The position numbers and the translations under genes are program-made. A stretch of DNA of 64,000 nucleotides from IMG/VR virus record IMGVR_UViG_3300050035_000086, positions 1-64,000 of that record; one strand, written 5' to 3'. Shown piece after piece: positions 24,794 through 35,255 of the stretch (the first letter of the stretch is position 1; each line of letters begins with the position of its first letter). The DNA comes from a virus. The notes under the pieces were generated by a model that was not told where the DNA came from, did no database searches, and worked only from the letters and a program-made list of their open reading frames with translations.

Positions 24794-25483
24794 ATGAACA
24801 GCGATACCTTTGCCGGACTCTCCGGCGTCCTAACGGGCAACCCAACCTACCGCAACAATCTTCTTCCTCTAACCGGCTTGGGAACTACCGAGACCTTGGT
24901 CAACATGGCCACGGATTCCTCCCTCACGACGGGGGTAGCCGCGTTTGTTCGTGCCCCTCTTCAGACTGACATTATTGGAGGCAACGCTCCTCTGGATCAG
25001 AACGAAAACGGAAGCAGTATCGGTGGCAACCTGGGCCGTCCCGGACAGGACTACAGAGGTGCGCGCCCGTATTTCAATTCGAATAGTTTCAATGGTCGTC
25101 CGATTATCTTGCAGGCTTCTGGATACTTTACCTCAGCGACAACAACGACAACGGCCCATCAGATTAACTTGTATCAAGCTACTGCTGCGAACGGAGCGCA
25201 GCTAACGACTAAAAATACAATTTTCTCGGCGCTGTCTTCCGCCACTCTGGCTGCTGGAAACTACAACTACTTGATTCAGGTCAGTTTGATTTGGGACGCA
25301 GTTTCGGGCAAGCTGAATGGGTGGGCGGAAGCCAATGTGGGCGGTACTTATACAGCTCGAACAGCCTTGACCCCCATCACTGTGGCCTCCCCGACCGACT
25401 TATTCTTCTTCCAGTCCGTTAAGTTCTTCAACGGCGCAGCCAATACAATCACCCCGGTTGAATTAAATATTTCACAAACCTAA
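24794..25483 (+). CDS. Putative virion structural protein (paralog of 1465-2097)
   Basis: RBS AAGGAG; shared C-terminal motifs with 1465 ORF. Confidence 0.6.
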   Translation: MNSDTFAGLSGVLTGNPTYRNNLLPLTGLGTTETLVNMATDSSLTTGVAAFVRAPLQTDIIGGNAPLDQNENGSSIGGNLGRPGQDYRGARPYFNSNSFNGRPIILQASGYFTSATTTTTAHQINLYQATAANGAQLTTKNTIFSALSSATLAAGNYNYLIQVSLIWDAVSGKLNGWAEANVGGTYTARTALTPITVASPTDLFFFQSVKFFNGAANTITPVELNISQT

Positions 25484-25672
25484 TCGAACGTGCGGGTGTT
25501 TCTACGTAGTAATGCGTAGAGCGGGTATACGGGTCTCGGAGTCTTGCAGTAAAACCAAACGTAAGGTATCGAGAACACCCGTAACAAATTCGAGGGGTAA
25601 GACGTTGGAATTTTATGCTACCCAGGTAAGCCCCTCGAAACAATTTGTCCGAAAAATGGACTACGAGGTTTT

Positions 25673-25954
25673 ATGTCAGTTTTCATTGAAATCCACGATG
25701 AACAAAAAGCAGACGAAGACATTGACACAAGTTGTGTATCTTGCACAGAAAACGTCATCGGCTATGTAATTGCCGCAGTTGTGAAACATGATGACGGAAA
25801 GATCACCCTAGAGAGAGAAATCTCAGTCAACACCGACGACGTTATCGATAATCAACTTGCCGAATCTGTGGTTAAGAAAATCGAAGCAAAGCTGAATGAA
25901 GCTTTCCCCGATCCCAACAAACCAGAACCTAGTAAGTTGTGGGTGCCTGACTAA
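25673..25954 (+). CDS. Hypothetical protein
   Basis: RBS GAGG. Confidence 0.6.
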   Translation: MSVFIEIHDEQKADEDIDTSCVSCTENVIGYVIAAVVKHDDGKITLEREISVNTDDVIDNQLAESVVKKIEAKLNEAFPDPNKPEPSKLWVPD

Positions 25955-26649
25955 TGAGTGATTCAATCAAGAGCGAGTTTGATGTTGTTGACTACGAAGC
26001 AGGCGCTTCGAACGACGTAAAGGGCCAAGAATGTGTAGGTTGCAGACGCCTCCTTCGCTGGGACTTCTACGACAAAGACTCTTCCCGAAGCTCTGGATAC
26101 GATCCGATGTGCCCCCTCTGCAAAGCATCCCCAAAACTTAGTATGGCTGAGCACACTGCCCGACTCCGAGAGATGAATTACAACTCCGAGGGAACCCGAA
26201 GACAGCGCCATCCTGATTCTCAGTTTCTATGGGAGAAGCAACCTGGACGCCCAATGGAATGCTCGGTGTTTCTAGCCAAGCTGAAGCACGCCTACCCAAA
26301 TCTGCACGTTACCCAAGGTGGAGTCACCATCAACGGTGCTATTGTTGACCTAGCTTTGTATGCTACGTCTGGAGTAAACCGTCCAGAATTCAATGGGCAG
26401 AGCTTTAAGTACATGGGGTACGTGACTCTCGGAATCATGCCCGAATACTCTGAATATGAGTTCAACGAACGAGACATCCTCCAGCGCTGTACTCAAATTG
26501 GTTGGCGGTCGGTTCTTCTCCGGTTCGTAGAGAACAATATTCTGTCTGAAGAACAATGTGAAGCAGAGTTTGGAGTGCCGTCTGGGGGAGCAAATTCCCT
26601 CTGGTACAAGAAACTGAATAACCATCGCAACGCAAAGAAAATAGCCTAG
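25954..26649 (+). CDS. Hypothetical protein with N-terminal zinc-finger-like motif
   Basis: CVGC...CPLC. Confidence 0.6.
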   Translation: MSDSIKSEFDVVDYEAGASNDVKGQECVGCRRLLRWDFYDKDSSRSSGYDPMCPLCKASPKLSMAEHTARLREMNYNSEGTRRQRHPDSQFLWEKQPGRPMECSVFLAKLKHAYPNLHVTQGGVTINGAIVDLALYATSGVNRPEFNGQSFKYMGYVTLGIMPEYSEYEFNERDILQRCTQIGWRSVLLRFVENNILSEEQCEAEFGVPSGGANSLWYKKLNNHRNAKKIA

Positions 26650-26701
26650 TCCAGATAATGGACACAAAACCCTGATCGGCTGGATTAGCCGTGGAGAATG
26701 T

Positions 26702-27331
26702 ATGACAATCAAAGCCATAAAGCCCTTCGAAAAAGAAACTGTTTCAGCGCCTGTTGAAAATACTTCCTCTACTGAAACCCCCAACCAGTTCAACAGTAGC
26801 GCCTCCCCGATTTCAACAGACGCCTTGCTCACCCTGATTGCTTCAATGCAGCAACAACTGCTCGCTTCACAGCAAGCCGCAGTAGAAGCTAATGCCAAGC
26901 TCGCGGAAGCTATTTTGGAAACCACTAAGCCTCGCGAAGTCCTGAAGTCAAAATCTGAACTGGCAAAAGAAGCCAACGAAAAGAAGTTTGACGAAGCCGC
27001 CAAGGAACTGAAGCGGCGTCAGCGCGCTAACCTTCTCTACAACCAAGATAACTGCGACCACATCGCCGGTTGCAACGAGTTGTCCGAGCAGCGCGACATC
27101 GCCGGACGTACCTCAATCATCTGGCATCGCAACGACGTGGGCGTCGATATCGGCATTTGCACAAACTGCCAGCGCATCTTCCACCCGACCGACACTGTCG
27201 ATTCTCGGGGAAATTCCTATACCTACTGGCGGAAAAAGCCCTCGTTCAACAAGCTGTCCGCAGCCGGACACCGAACGATGCAGAATCCTCAACAGGCGAT
27301 GGATGAGTCTTACCTACACGATCTAGAGTAA
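26702..27331 (+). CDS. Hypothetical coiled-coil/zinc-binding protein
   Basis: RBS GGAG; CDH...CTNC. Confidence 0.6.
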   Translation: MTIKAIKPFEKETVSAPVENTSSTETPNQFNSSASPISTDALLTLIASMQQQLLASQQAAVEANAKLAEAILETTKPREVLKSKSELAKEANEKKFDEAAKELKRRQRANLLYNQDNCDHIAGCNELSEQRDIAGRTSIIWHRNDVGVDIGICTNCQRIFHPTDTVDSRGNSYTYWRKKPSFNKLSAAGHRTMQNPQQAMDESYLHDLE

Positions 27332-27351
27332 TCCTTGTTGAACGAGGCGGA

Positions 27352-27807
27352 ATGAAAAACTTGTCTTACGAAAACTGGGTTGCCCAATTCGTAGAGAACC
27401 TGTCTGAGTATTTCAACCTTGGCGGCTGGAACATCCACATCGACTACGAGGATGAACCCTCCAAAGACGGGTGCTATGCCAGCAACGATATCAACTCCCC
27501 CTACCAATTCTCCACGATTACTCTTTATCAGCACTCGCGAGAAGATTTTGAGTCGGGGGAGCAAGACTTGCTGGTCATGTCTATTGTCCACGAATTAGTC
27601 CACATCTTCCTCGATCCGTTCCAAGACTATATGCACCCGCATCTGTCGATAACCACAACCCCATTATTCATGAGCACCTTAGAACAGCAGACGCAAAAGT
27701 TGACGATGGTGTTCTTGAAGACCCTTCCCGAAGACATTATCCCTCCTTTTCCCAAGGTAAAAAATGGCAAGTACAATTCAGCTTCAAAGGACGATAAACA
27801 GAAGTAG
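27352..27807 (+). CDS. Putative HExxH metallopeptidase-like protein
   Basis: SIVHELVHIFL. Confidence 0.55.
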   Translation: MKNLSYENWVAQFVENLSEYFNLGGWNIHIDYEDEPSKDGCYASNDINSPYQFSTITLYQHSREDFESGEQDLLVMSIVHELVHIFLDPFQDYMHPHLSITTTPLFMSTLEQQTQKLTMVFLKTLPEDIIPPFPKVKNGKYNSASKDDKQK

Positions 27808-28480
27808 TCAGTTCATCCGACTGGCTCCTTTGACGTTTACGTCCAACACGGCCAACGACCCGGCGTTCTCAAATGCCGACTGGGTTATGCAGACGATACT
27901 AGCCCCTCCCTTCGCTTGGCGGTGGAATCGAAACGCGACGGCAACCCCAACGTCACCTACGTTTGTAACAACACCGGGAGTGTCGGACTATTTGGTATCT
28001 TTGCCCACTTTTGGGTGGATCGAGAAAGCTGTCGGGTATGATGTCGCTGATGGATATAGAGCTTTCGAACTTCAAGTAGGCTTAGTCTCCGGAGGAGAGT
28101 CTCTTCAGAACGAACCGGCGCGTATTGCCGCACAGTACGATGACGACTCGGGAAACATTACCTTCCGTTTGTTTCCCCCTCCCGATGACAAAATCTATAA
28201 TATCGTAGTCGAATACCAGAAGTGTGCCCCTCAGTTCTTAGTAACAACCCAAACTTGGGCACCAATCCCGGACTATATGAGTTACATTTATAACTCCGGA
28301 TTTGACGCGAAGTCGTACGAGTATGCGAATGATCCACGATTTGGATCGGCTATGCAACTTTTTTACACGCAACTAGCTTCTGTTGCTGAAGGATTAGACA
28401 CCTCCCAAAAGAATATCTGGTTAGCAGATCGTTTGAACTCGATGCGGCAAACGATGGCTGTGCAATCGGGAAAAGCTTAG
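27764..28480 (+). CDS. Putative head-tail adaptor/tail protein
   Basis: N-terminus similar to 28493 ORF (VMQTILAPPFAWRWNR vs VMCRILDESMPWKWNR); FRLFPPPD motif typical of adaptors. Confidence 0.55.
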   Translation: MASTIQLQRTINRSSQFIRLAPLTFTSNTANDPAFSNADWVMQTILAPPFAWRWNRNATATPTSPTFVTTPGVSDYLVSLPTFGWIEKAVGYDVADGYRAFELQVGLVSGGESLQNEPARIAAQYDDDSGNITFRLFPPPDDKIYNIVVEYQKCAPQFLVTTQTWAPIPDYMSYIYNSGFDAKSYEYANDPRFGSAMQLFYTQLASVAEGLDTSQKNIWLADRLNSMRQTMAVQSGKA

Positions 28481-28492
28481 AAAGGAGAAAAT

Positions 28493-29593
28493 ATGCCGAT
28501 AATTACTGGTAATCAGAGTACCTCTATCACGGTTTTAGAATTAGCTAAGCAGATGAAAGCAAACCCCGAGTTCTATAATGTCCTCGGAGGAGCTGCTGGG
28601 TACTCGACAGAGCCGTTGCTGACCGCCTGTAACGATGTCATGTGCCGGATTTTGGACGAGAGCATGCCGTGGAAATGGAACCGCAAGGTTATCCCTCCTT
28701 TCCTGACAGTCTCTCTCCAGCAAGACTACTGCACAAATATAACAGACCTTAGTTGGCTGGAGGCCTGCTGGATTGTGGATATCAATAATTCCACATCCAA
28801 CTCCAACGGCGCTCCTAAACCTAGTCGGCCAATGGAGACAGTCCGAGACCTAGTTCAAACCTCTGTCCAGAACGTTCCTTTTCAGATAGCTTTCGTTTTC
28901 AACAATCAGGCGTATCTAGGGTTGTGGCAAGCTAATACCGAGTACGGCTGCGGGTATGGGGTCGCACAACTCCCTCGGTCCCCCATTCAGCAGTTCATGG
29001 ACGAGAACGGGAACATTCTATTCATCGACTCGACACAGCTGGGAATCAATATTGAATCGCCTGGATACACCGGGACCACAATCTCTCTTCCGTCTAATTC
29101 TCCGTATGGCGTGTCTGGAAGTACGCAACCCGCCGCAGACCCTAATGCGACTCCTGGGACTCTTGTACAAGACGGAACCGTTATATGGACTGTGGCGGAC
29201 CCGTGGGGGTACTGCTTTAGAATTTCACCTCTGCCCGCCCTAAACGGCCTCTGCTGGTTCATTGGCGGACAATATCAGGCGCTCCCTCCTGTGCTGCTAA
29301 CTATGCAGCAGACGATTGACCCTGTTCCGAATTCCATGACGTTTCTATTTCGGGCCGGTGTTCGCGCACAGTTGCAAATGTTTAACGGCAACCCAAAAGG
29401 TGCTCAAGCTTACGCCGAGTGGGAGGAACAGCTACGCGCGAGCTTACGTGGCGCGGACCGCCAGCAAGAGGAGAACGTACTTTACCCCAGCCAGACCATT
29501 TTGAACGGCGGGGGATTCGGGTCTACATGGGCCGGGATAGGCGCAGCTCAGCCCTATGGACCCGCTTTTATGGGTCCTGGTTACGGGTACTAG
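28493..29593 (+). CDS. Putative head-tail adaptor/tail protein (paralog with insertion)
   Basis: As above; contains 'WQANTEY...DGTVIWT' module also found in 30835 ORF. Confidence 0.55.
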   Translation: MPIITGNQSTSITVLELAKQMKANPEFYNVLGGAAGYSTEPLLTACNDVMCRILDESMPWKWNRKVIPPFLTVSLQQDYCTNITDLSWLEACWIVDINNSTSNSNGAPKPSRPMETVRDLVQTSVQNVPFQIAFVFNNQAYLGLWQANTEYGCGYGVAQLPRSPIQQFMDENGNILFIDSTQLGINIESPGYTGTTISLPSNSPYGVSGSTQPAADPNATPGTLVQDGTVIWTVADPWGYCFRISPLPALNGLCWFIGGQYQALPPVLLTMQQTIDPVPNSMTFLFRAGVRAQLQMFNGNPKGAQAYAEWEEQLRASLRGADRQQEENVLYPSQTILNGGGFGSTWAGIGAAQPYGPAFMGPGYGY

Positions 29594-30201
29594 CCAAACA
29601 AATTCGCCGTCTCTTTTATCTTTGGGAGTATGATCCTATATTTGTGTTTAGGAAAAGACCCAGCCTTTGTATAGCCAAGTTCTACCATCTGCTGATTGGT
29701 TCGAGTCTTGGGTCCCGCTTTTCTCGCCACCATTTTTCCGTTAGGGTCCTTCCAAACATCTTGAGGCTTAGTCAAACCGAGATATTCCCAGTTTGTTGCT
29801 TTGTAAATTGCTCCCGTGTGTCCCTGCATTTCGTCTGCATACGTGACCAAGCACTCGAAGCGACGGTCAGATCGAATTAGCTTCAGACTTTGTCCGAGCA
29901 GGAAACTGGCCCCGTTTTGAGGAACTTCCGGGGATACAACGAGTCTAGACAACGAAAGAACCTTTCGCCAATCTCCATCTGGGTAGGTATTCATCGCGCA
30001 CGACTTCGTAGGCGGGAGCCACCAAGCCACTCCGAGACAGTCAAATAGATTTTCTTTGTGGTATAGGCCGTGGACATACACAGCGGTATTTGATCCACCT
30101 TTGGCGTAGTGGTATTTCTCTACCATCTCCCTAGCCGCAGAGAGGGAAGTCACACGAACTTCGTAATCCTTTTTTGAGAGAACTGGAACACAGGGTTTCA
30201 T
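29590..30201 (-). CDS. mom: Mom-like (GNAT-fold) DNA modification protein
   Basis: VEKYHY...LSLSRLVVSPEVPQNGASFLLGQSL...LVTYADEMQGHTGAIYKATNWEYLG. Confidence 0.75.
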   Translation of the reverse strand: MKPCVPVLSKKDYEVRVTSLSAAREMVEKYHYAKGGSNTAVYVHGLYHKENLFDCLGVAWWLPPTKSCAMNTYPDGDWRKVLSLSRLVVSPEVPQNGASFLLGQSLKLIRSDRRFECLVTYADEMQGHTGAIYKATNWEYLGLTKPQDVWKDPNGKMVARKAGPKTRTNQQMVELGYTKAGSFPKHKYRIILPKIKETANLFG

Positions 30202-30208
30202 ATTCTAC

Positions 30209-30391
30209 CTATCGGACGCTGTGGAAAATTAACCAATTTCCACCAAAATAAATAATCCCCGCAAGTCCCAAAAACCAGCGTCCTCGTAGTTTTCTGATGT
30301 GTCCTTCCAGATAGAAAATGTGTTGGTCGTACCAAGCCAAATTATCTCCCGTGCAGTATGTAGATCCTACCCAGTTCCACATATTTTTCAT
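30209..30391 (-). CDS. Small membrane protein
   Basis: RBS GAGG; upstream of mom-like gene. Confidence 0.5.
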   Translation of the reverse strand: MKNMWNWVGSTYCTGDNLAWYDQHIFYLEGHIRKLRGRWFLGLAGIIYFGGNWLIFHSVR

Positions 30392-30408
30392 TTCTCACCT
30401 CTGAAAAT

Positions 30409-30438
30409 AGTATACTACCGTTCCACTCTTTCTGTCAA
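30409..30438 (-). promoter_or_regulatory. Sigma70-type promoter of the mom-like operon
   Basis: TTGACA-18 bp-TATACT on - strand; motif copy 30446-30460 abuts the -35. Confidence 0.55.
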
Positions 30439-30454
30439 CCGAAAAATCCAGATA

Positions 30455-30835
30455 ATGGACAAAATGAAACCTTTCTACGGAAATATCGAAGATTTAACAA
30501 CTCGAAATTCCAACTTCAGGAAAGTACTTTTCACGGGGAAGCTCCAACTGGTTCTGATGTCCCTGAAGCCAGAAGAAGAAATCGGCGAAGAGAAACATCC
30601 CTCCGATCAGTTCTTCCGTGTCGAGCAAGGAACTGCGGTCTTCGTCCTGAACAAGGAAGATGTATTTATTGCCCGAGACGGAGATTCTGTAGTAGTCCCC
30701 GGTGGCTCGTACCACAACGTAATCAACAAATCCAAGACCTCTACTTTGAAATTATACACGATATACTCCTCTCCCGAACACCCTAGTAAAGAGATTAAGA
30801 AAACCAAGAAAGAAGCAGAGGCCGCTGAGAAATAA
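30455..30835 (+). CDS. Cupin-domain protein
   Basis: NFRKVLFTGKLQLVLMSLKPEEEIGEEKH-DQFFRVEQG...VVPGGSYHNVIN...LKLYTIYSSPEH. Confidence 0.85.
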   Translation: MDKMKPFYGNIEDLTTRNSNFRKVLFTGKLQLVLMSLKPEEEIGEEKHPSDQFFRVEQGTAVFVLNKEDVFIARDGDSVVVPGGSYHNVINKSKTSTLKLYTIYSSPEHPSKEIKKTKKEAEAAEK

Positions 30836-33800
30836 TGGCAAACCAATTTCAACTAAATGGATCGACTTCCGGTAAACAAACCCGGTATACCGGGCTGTGG
30901 AATGCCTCGTGGACTTCCGGAATTTGGACCAATAGAAGTCCACTCAGAGAAGGACCGGTCACCCGAATGGAGGCCCGGTACATTGGCGCACGTAATGACT
31001 GTTTCTGGGACGGGTCCAACATTGAGATCAGTCAGAGACTGACCCCCGTCCGCCGCCCGGGTCAGACGCAATATAACACGTCCACTTTCTCCGCCATCAA
31101 CTGTTTCTATGAATTTCGATTGTTCAACACCAACACCGAGACCATCAAAGTGATGGCCGATACTGCTGGTACTTTATTCGATGCCACTGGACCCTCTGGT
31201 CAAATTGCTGTATGGTCGAAATCCGCAGGCGCTGGGCAGACATACATGCAGTATGTCGCCAACAATTTGTATTTCGGAAATGGGGTAGACCTCAAGAAGT
31301 GGGTCCAGAATCCCGTCGGGTGGCTTGCGTCAAATAAATATACTGTAGACGAAATGCAGACGTTCGTTATTGACTCCAATGGAAACTTGGAGCAGTTGAC
31401 CCAGTGCATTATCCCGGTCGTATCAATTGGAATCGCATCGAACGTCCTCACGGTCACTTTCGACCGAAATGTTACCAACTACTTGACCACCGGGTTGAAT
31501 ATCAATTTTAGGGGCTTGACGGTAGCTACCTTCCTTAATGGCTACGACCCAAAGAACCAAGTAATCACGATCAGTAACGTTTCGGGAACCACGGTCCAAG
31601 CCCCCTTTGTCTACAACAACTACGCCACTACCGCAGATTCTGGAACTTGCTATGTAGTGGAAGGTGGAACCCCGTACTCTGGGGGAACTGTTCCTGTCTG
31701 GAATACCGCTTTGATGGGAACTACCACAGACAATGTGTGTTTGTGGGTCAATCGCGGAACCCCTCTTGAGAATTTCGGAATCGTTGGGCCGACTCAGCAA
31801 ACCATGAGTTTTACGGTAAATACCAACTCAAACTCTTGGGCAGATAACACCTACTACTCGATCCTGGATTCAATCATTGATAACAACGGAAACTTACAGA
31901 AGGTAACGACATCTGGAAAAAGCGGATACTATGGCTCGGGTTCATTCCCCACGTGGTCCACTACTCTCGGTGGTACTACCGCCGATGGTACTGTTGTTTG
32001 GACGGTAGTACAGCTCGGTCTATGGAACCCCTCTGCTCCGAATGTGACCACTTGGCTTCCTAACCATACATACACGAATGGAGCTTTGATAACCGCCACC
32101 CCAACTGGTGGATCGCCTTCGGTGTTCCAACTTCAGGGTTTTGCAGAAGCGCAGATTTCCGGAGCGGTCACGGCCTACTTGTACCCAGGAACCGGGTCTG
32201 GGGCTGTCACTCAATTCAACCACTCCTTTCCCCTGTCTACCGGGTCCGCACTGGGGTCAGCGACTGGCAACAGTTTTTTATTTGACCCAGCTAGTACTTC
32301 GGTATTCGGAGCTAACCCAATTCAATGGGCTACTCTTAACTCCTCGGGGACAACCACGGGGTATACCACCCCTTTTCCAACGCATACCAATACCTACGAA
32401 CTGGTGGTTTTGGGAAATATTGTATTTCCCGAGGCCGGAAACTACACAATATCCATCGTCCACAAAGACGGTATGTTTTGGGGAATGGGTAATTCTGCGA
32501 CCGTAATTAGCGGACCATCAAACGACCCTAGAAACAATACGGTAACGGCTGTTCAGGGATATCCTGTTTTTGGCGGAACTAATACCAACGCTTCTGGGGT
32601 AGACCTAACAGAAGACTTTGTCATTAATATACCGACCGCAGGAACCTACCCGATTGAAATTGACTATGCCTATTGGTATCATAGCGGACAGACTTTGGTT
32701 CTGACCGTAAACGGAGTCAATCCTGTCCCAGGAACTATCTCAACGTTGAGAACCAGCGGACCTACCGCCCCGACGTGGCCAGCATTCAGTTCGGCCTACG
32801 CTCCCGGATATGCTCTGGCTAACGAGACTTCTGGGCAATTGGTGTGGGCCAATATAGGACTTGTGACTGATTTTTCGTGGACAACCAAGACGTATTATCT
32901 AACAAACAGTTCGGCTGGGATTATTGACTCAAACAGTTATTCTGAAATTCCGTATGAGTCCGGAACAACCACCACCTTGGCCCCTACTTTTGTCAAAACT
33001 TTCAACGGGATTACGTCAGACAATCCAAACTTAATATGGCTAAACACGGGAAAGGCATCTATCGTCGCAGCAGGAAATTTATCGACCTCGGCGGGAGGAT
33101 GGCAATATTGTATCGCTCTGGTCAACACGCTAACTGACACCGTATCTAATGCTGGACCAGTCACAACAATCACTGGAAGTTTTGTGGGTGCTTCAGGGGT
33201 TCACCTATCTGGGGGTCTTCCCGACGTATCTGTTATAGACCCACAGGTGGACTATGTCGCCATCTTTCGAACTAAGGATGGCGGAGGAACTTATTACCTA
33301 ATTCCTCCTACATACAACCAAAATACAGTTTATACCTTGCCGTTGTCCGAGTACCTCGCGAACGGATATACAGACACGACTCTTGATGCGGATCTTAACT
33401 TCCTCATCTCTCCCGCGCTTTCTTACGAGAATACTCCTCCCGGAAACGTGGGAACTGGAACGCAGGGGATGATCAATTTTACCTACCATCTAAGCCGTCT
33501 CTTCGCAAGCACGGGAAATATAGTCTACTGGAGCACGGGTCCAGATACGACCGTTGGAAATGGAAACGAAGCTTGGTCTCCGTCTAACTCCTTTACCTTT
33601 CCTTCTCTTGTAAAGAGAATTGTATCCACCAGTATTGGAGCTTTAATATTTACAGTTTCTGACGTGTACCTTATTGCCGGGAAAGCCACATCCTCCAGTC
33701 CCCTGTTTCCTACTCCATACATCCCCGGGCTTGGTCTTCTATCTTACAACGCCCTTTCCACCAACGGAACATTGATTTATTTGCTTACCGCAGATAATCA

Positions 33801-34494
33801 ATTTGTAGAGCTTAACCCGCACTCCGGAGTGAGTCAGCTTGGAAACCCAATTGGTGACAAGCTGCAAACATGGGACCCATCTCTCGCCTATGTCACTTGG
33901 CATGTCAGCGGATCGAGAGACCAAGCCCTATATGTTTCAGATGGCTCTACGGGGTGGTATAGACTTATGACCACACCTAGTCCAGAAACTGGACAAACTT
34001 GGTGCCCCTTCGCCACTATTCAGGGAGGAGCTAAGGCCGTCCAATCTGTTGAAGTATCTCCCGGAGTAACTAAACTGCTAGTGGGTCCTACAACTTCCGG
34101 ACCCATTTTGCAACGAGACTACTCGGTAAACACAGACAACGGAACGGCGTATCCGGCATTTGGAACTCTGGGAAGTATAGTTCTAGCGCACCCAGGTCAA
34201 CTTGCAGAATTGGTATTTGTCACTTTGGATAGCACTGCGGTTGGCTCACATCCCACCGTTAGTACTCTGATTGATGAGATATCGGGAACTTTCGAATCTA
34301 TGCCTTCTTATGTTCCGGACCCAACACAACTTCCAGCAAGTACCACGCTCTACGGAGACAGATTCTACTTCTCTCAAACTCAACAACCTGCTATTTGTCG
34401 CCATCTCATGCTGAAATTTTCGTGGCCTGCTGAAAACTACGCAAATGAACTTTTAGCAATGACTATCTTTGGCGGTCCTACGGAGGAGTTGTAA
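30835..34494 (+). CDS. Large tail protein (podoviral nozzle/stabilisation-type beta-propeller with inserted carbohydrate-binding-like domain)
   Basis: 1219 aa; position after adaptors; repeated W-x3-T-Y...DSNGN modules; PA14-like segment (FPEAGNYTISIVHKDG...AGTYPIEIDY). Confidence 0.6.
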   Translation: MANQFQLNGSTSGKQTRYTGLWNASWTSGIWTNRSPLREGPVTRMEARYIGARNDCFWDGSNIEISQRLTPVRRPGQTQYNTSTFSAINCFYEFRLFNTNTETIKVMADTAGTLFDATGPSGQIAVWSKSAGAGQTYMQYVANNLYFGNGVDLKKWVQNPVGWLASNKYTVDEMQTFVIDSNGNLEQLTQCIIPVVSIGIASNVLTVTFDRNVTNYLTTGLNINFRGLTVATFLNGYDPKNQVITISNVSGTTVQAPFVYNNYATTADSGTCYVVEGGTPYSGGTVPVWNTALMGTTTDNVCLWVNRGTPLENFGIVGPTQQTMSFTVNTNSNSWADNTYYSILDSIIDNNGNLQKVTTSGKSGYYGSGSFPTWSTTLGGTTADGTVVWTVVQLGLWNPSAPNVTTWLPNHTYTNGALITATPTGGSPSVFQLQGFAEAQISGAVTAYLYPGTGSGAVTQFNHSFPLSTGSALGSATGNSFLFDPASTSVFGANPIQWATLNSSGTTTGYTTPFPTHTNTYELVVLGNIVFPEAGNYTISIVHKDGMFWGMGNSATVISGPSNDPRNNTVTAVQGYPVFGGTNTNASGVDLTEDFVINIPTAGTYPIEIDYAYWYHSGQTLVLTVNGVNPVPGTISTLRTSGPTAPTWPAFSSAYAPGYALANETSGQLVWANIGLVTDFSWTTKTYYLTNSSAGIIDSNSYSEIPYESGTTTTLAPTFVKTFNGITSDNPNLIWLNTGKASIVAAGNLSTSAGGWQYCIALVNTLTDTVSNAGPVTTITGSFVGASGVHLSGGLPDVSVIDPQVDYVAIFRTKDGGGTYYLIPPTYNQNTVYTLPLSEYLANGYTDTTLDADLNFLISPALSYENTPPGNVGTGTQGMINFTYHLSRLFASTGNIVYWSTGPDTTVGNGNEAWSPSNSFTFPSLVKRIVSTSIGALIFTVSDVYLIAGKATSSSPLFPTPYIPGLGLLSYNALSTNGTLIYLLTADNQFVELNPHSGVSQLGNPIGDKLQTWDPSLAYVTWHVSGSRDQALYVSDGSTGWYRLMTTPSPETGQTWCPFATIQGGAKAVQSVEVSPGVTKLLVGPTTSGPILQRDYSVNTDNGTAYPAFGTLGSIVLAHPGQLAELVFVTLDSTAVGSHPTVSTLIDEISGTFESMPSYVPDPTQLPASTTLYGDRFYFSQTQQPAICRHLMLKFSWPAENYANELLAMTIFGGPTEEL

Positions 34495-35255
34495 TGTCCA
34501 CCCTAGCACAAGCAACCTCCAAAACAGTAGAGGAACTGGGACTCAGGCGGGTATCCTCCTCTGCTTCCTCCTTTACTCAAGCGATTTCGGATACCTCTCA
34601 AAGTAGCGGAACACAGACCACACGATGCCCAGTTCCCCCTATTTCTATTTCCCCTGATTCTCTTTCCTCATACGATCAAAAAGGTTTGGTGCCTCAAGCC
34701 CGATTTATGGCCTCCCTTCCTCTATTCCAAGATACATCTTCTACGGGAGTTTCAGTTACCAAGACGGTTGTCGCTAGCGGGGGTTCAGCATCTTCTGGAT
34801 CTTCTTCGGGATCGTCGTCTTCTGGGTCCTCATCTTCGGGTTCTTCCTCCTCTCCGACAAACACTATTCCAACCAACACGGGGATTATTACACCAGCAAT
34901 CAGTCAAGGTTCTCCTTTTTTGACTTCTTTGCAAATGTCTCCTTTGTTTATTTTGTATAAGGTAACAGTTAGCTCTCCCGCGCGCGTCGAACTCTATAGC
35001 ACCTCTGGGGCGCAAACGCTGGACAGGGGGAGACCCGCAACTACCCCGGTATCCTCAGGAACGGAAAACGAAGTCATCGGAGATTTTAATTTGGCCTTGA
35101 GTACAGAATCTCCCTGGCTATGCTCTCCCGCTCCGACCGGATTTAATGGGGACGACCCGATCTCTTCAACTATATATCTGACGGTGACGAATCTTAATCC
35201 GTCTACTTCTCCCATAACAGTTTCCTTGTCCTATCTTCCTCTAGGAGGATCTTAA
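34494..35255 (+). CDS. Tail-associated protein with Ser/Gly linker
   Basis: SSGSSSGSSSSGSSSSGSSSS linker. Confidence 0.55.
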   Translation: MSTLAQATSKTVEELGLRRVSSSASSFTQAISDTSQSSGTQTTRCPVPPISISPDSLSSYDQKGLVPQARFMASLPLFQDTSSTGVSVTKTVVASGGSASSGSSSGSSSSGSSSSGSSSSPTNTIPTNTGIITPAISQGSPFLTSLQMSPLFILYKVTVSSPARVELYSTSGAQTLDRGRPATTPVSSGTENEVIGDFNLALSTESPWLCSPAPTGFNGDDPISSTIYLTVTNLNPSTSPITVSLSYLPLGGS

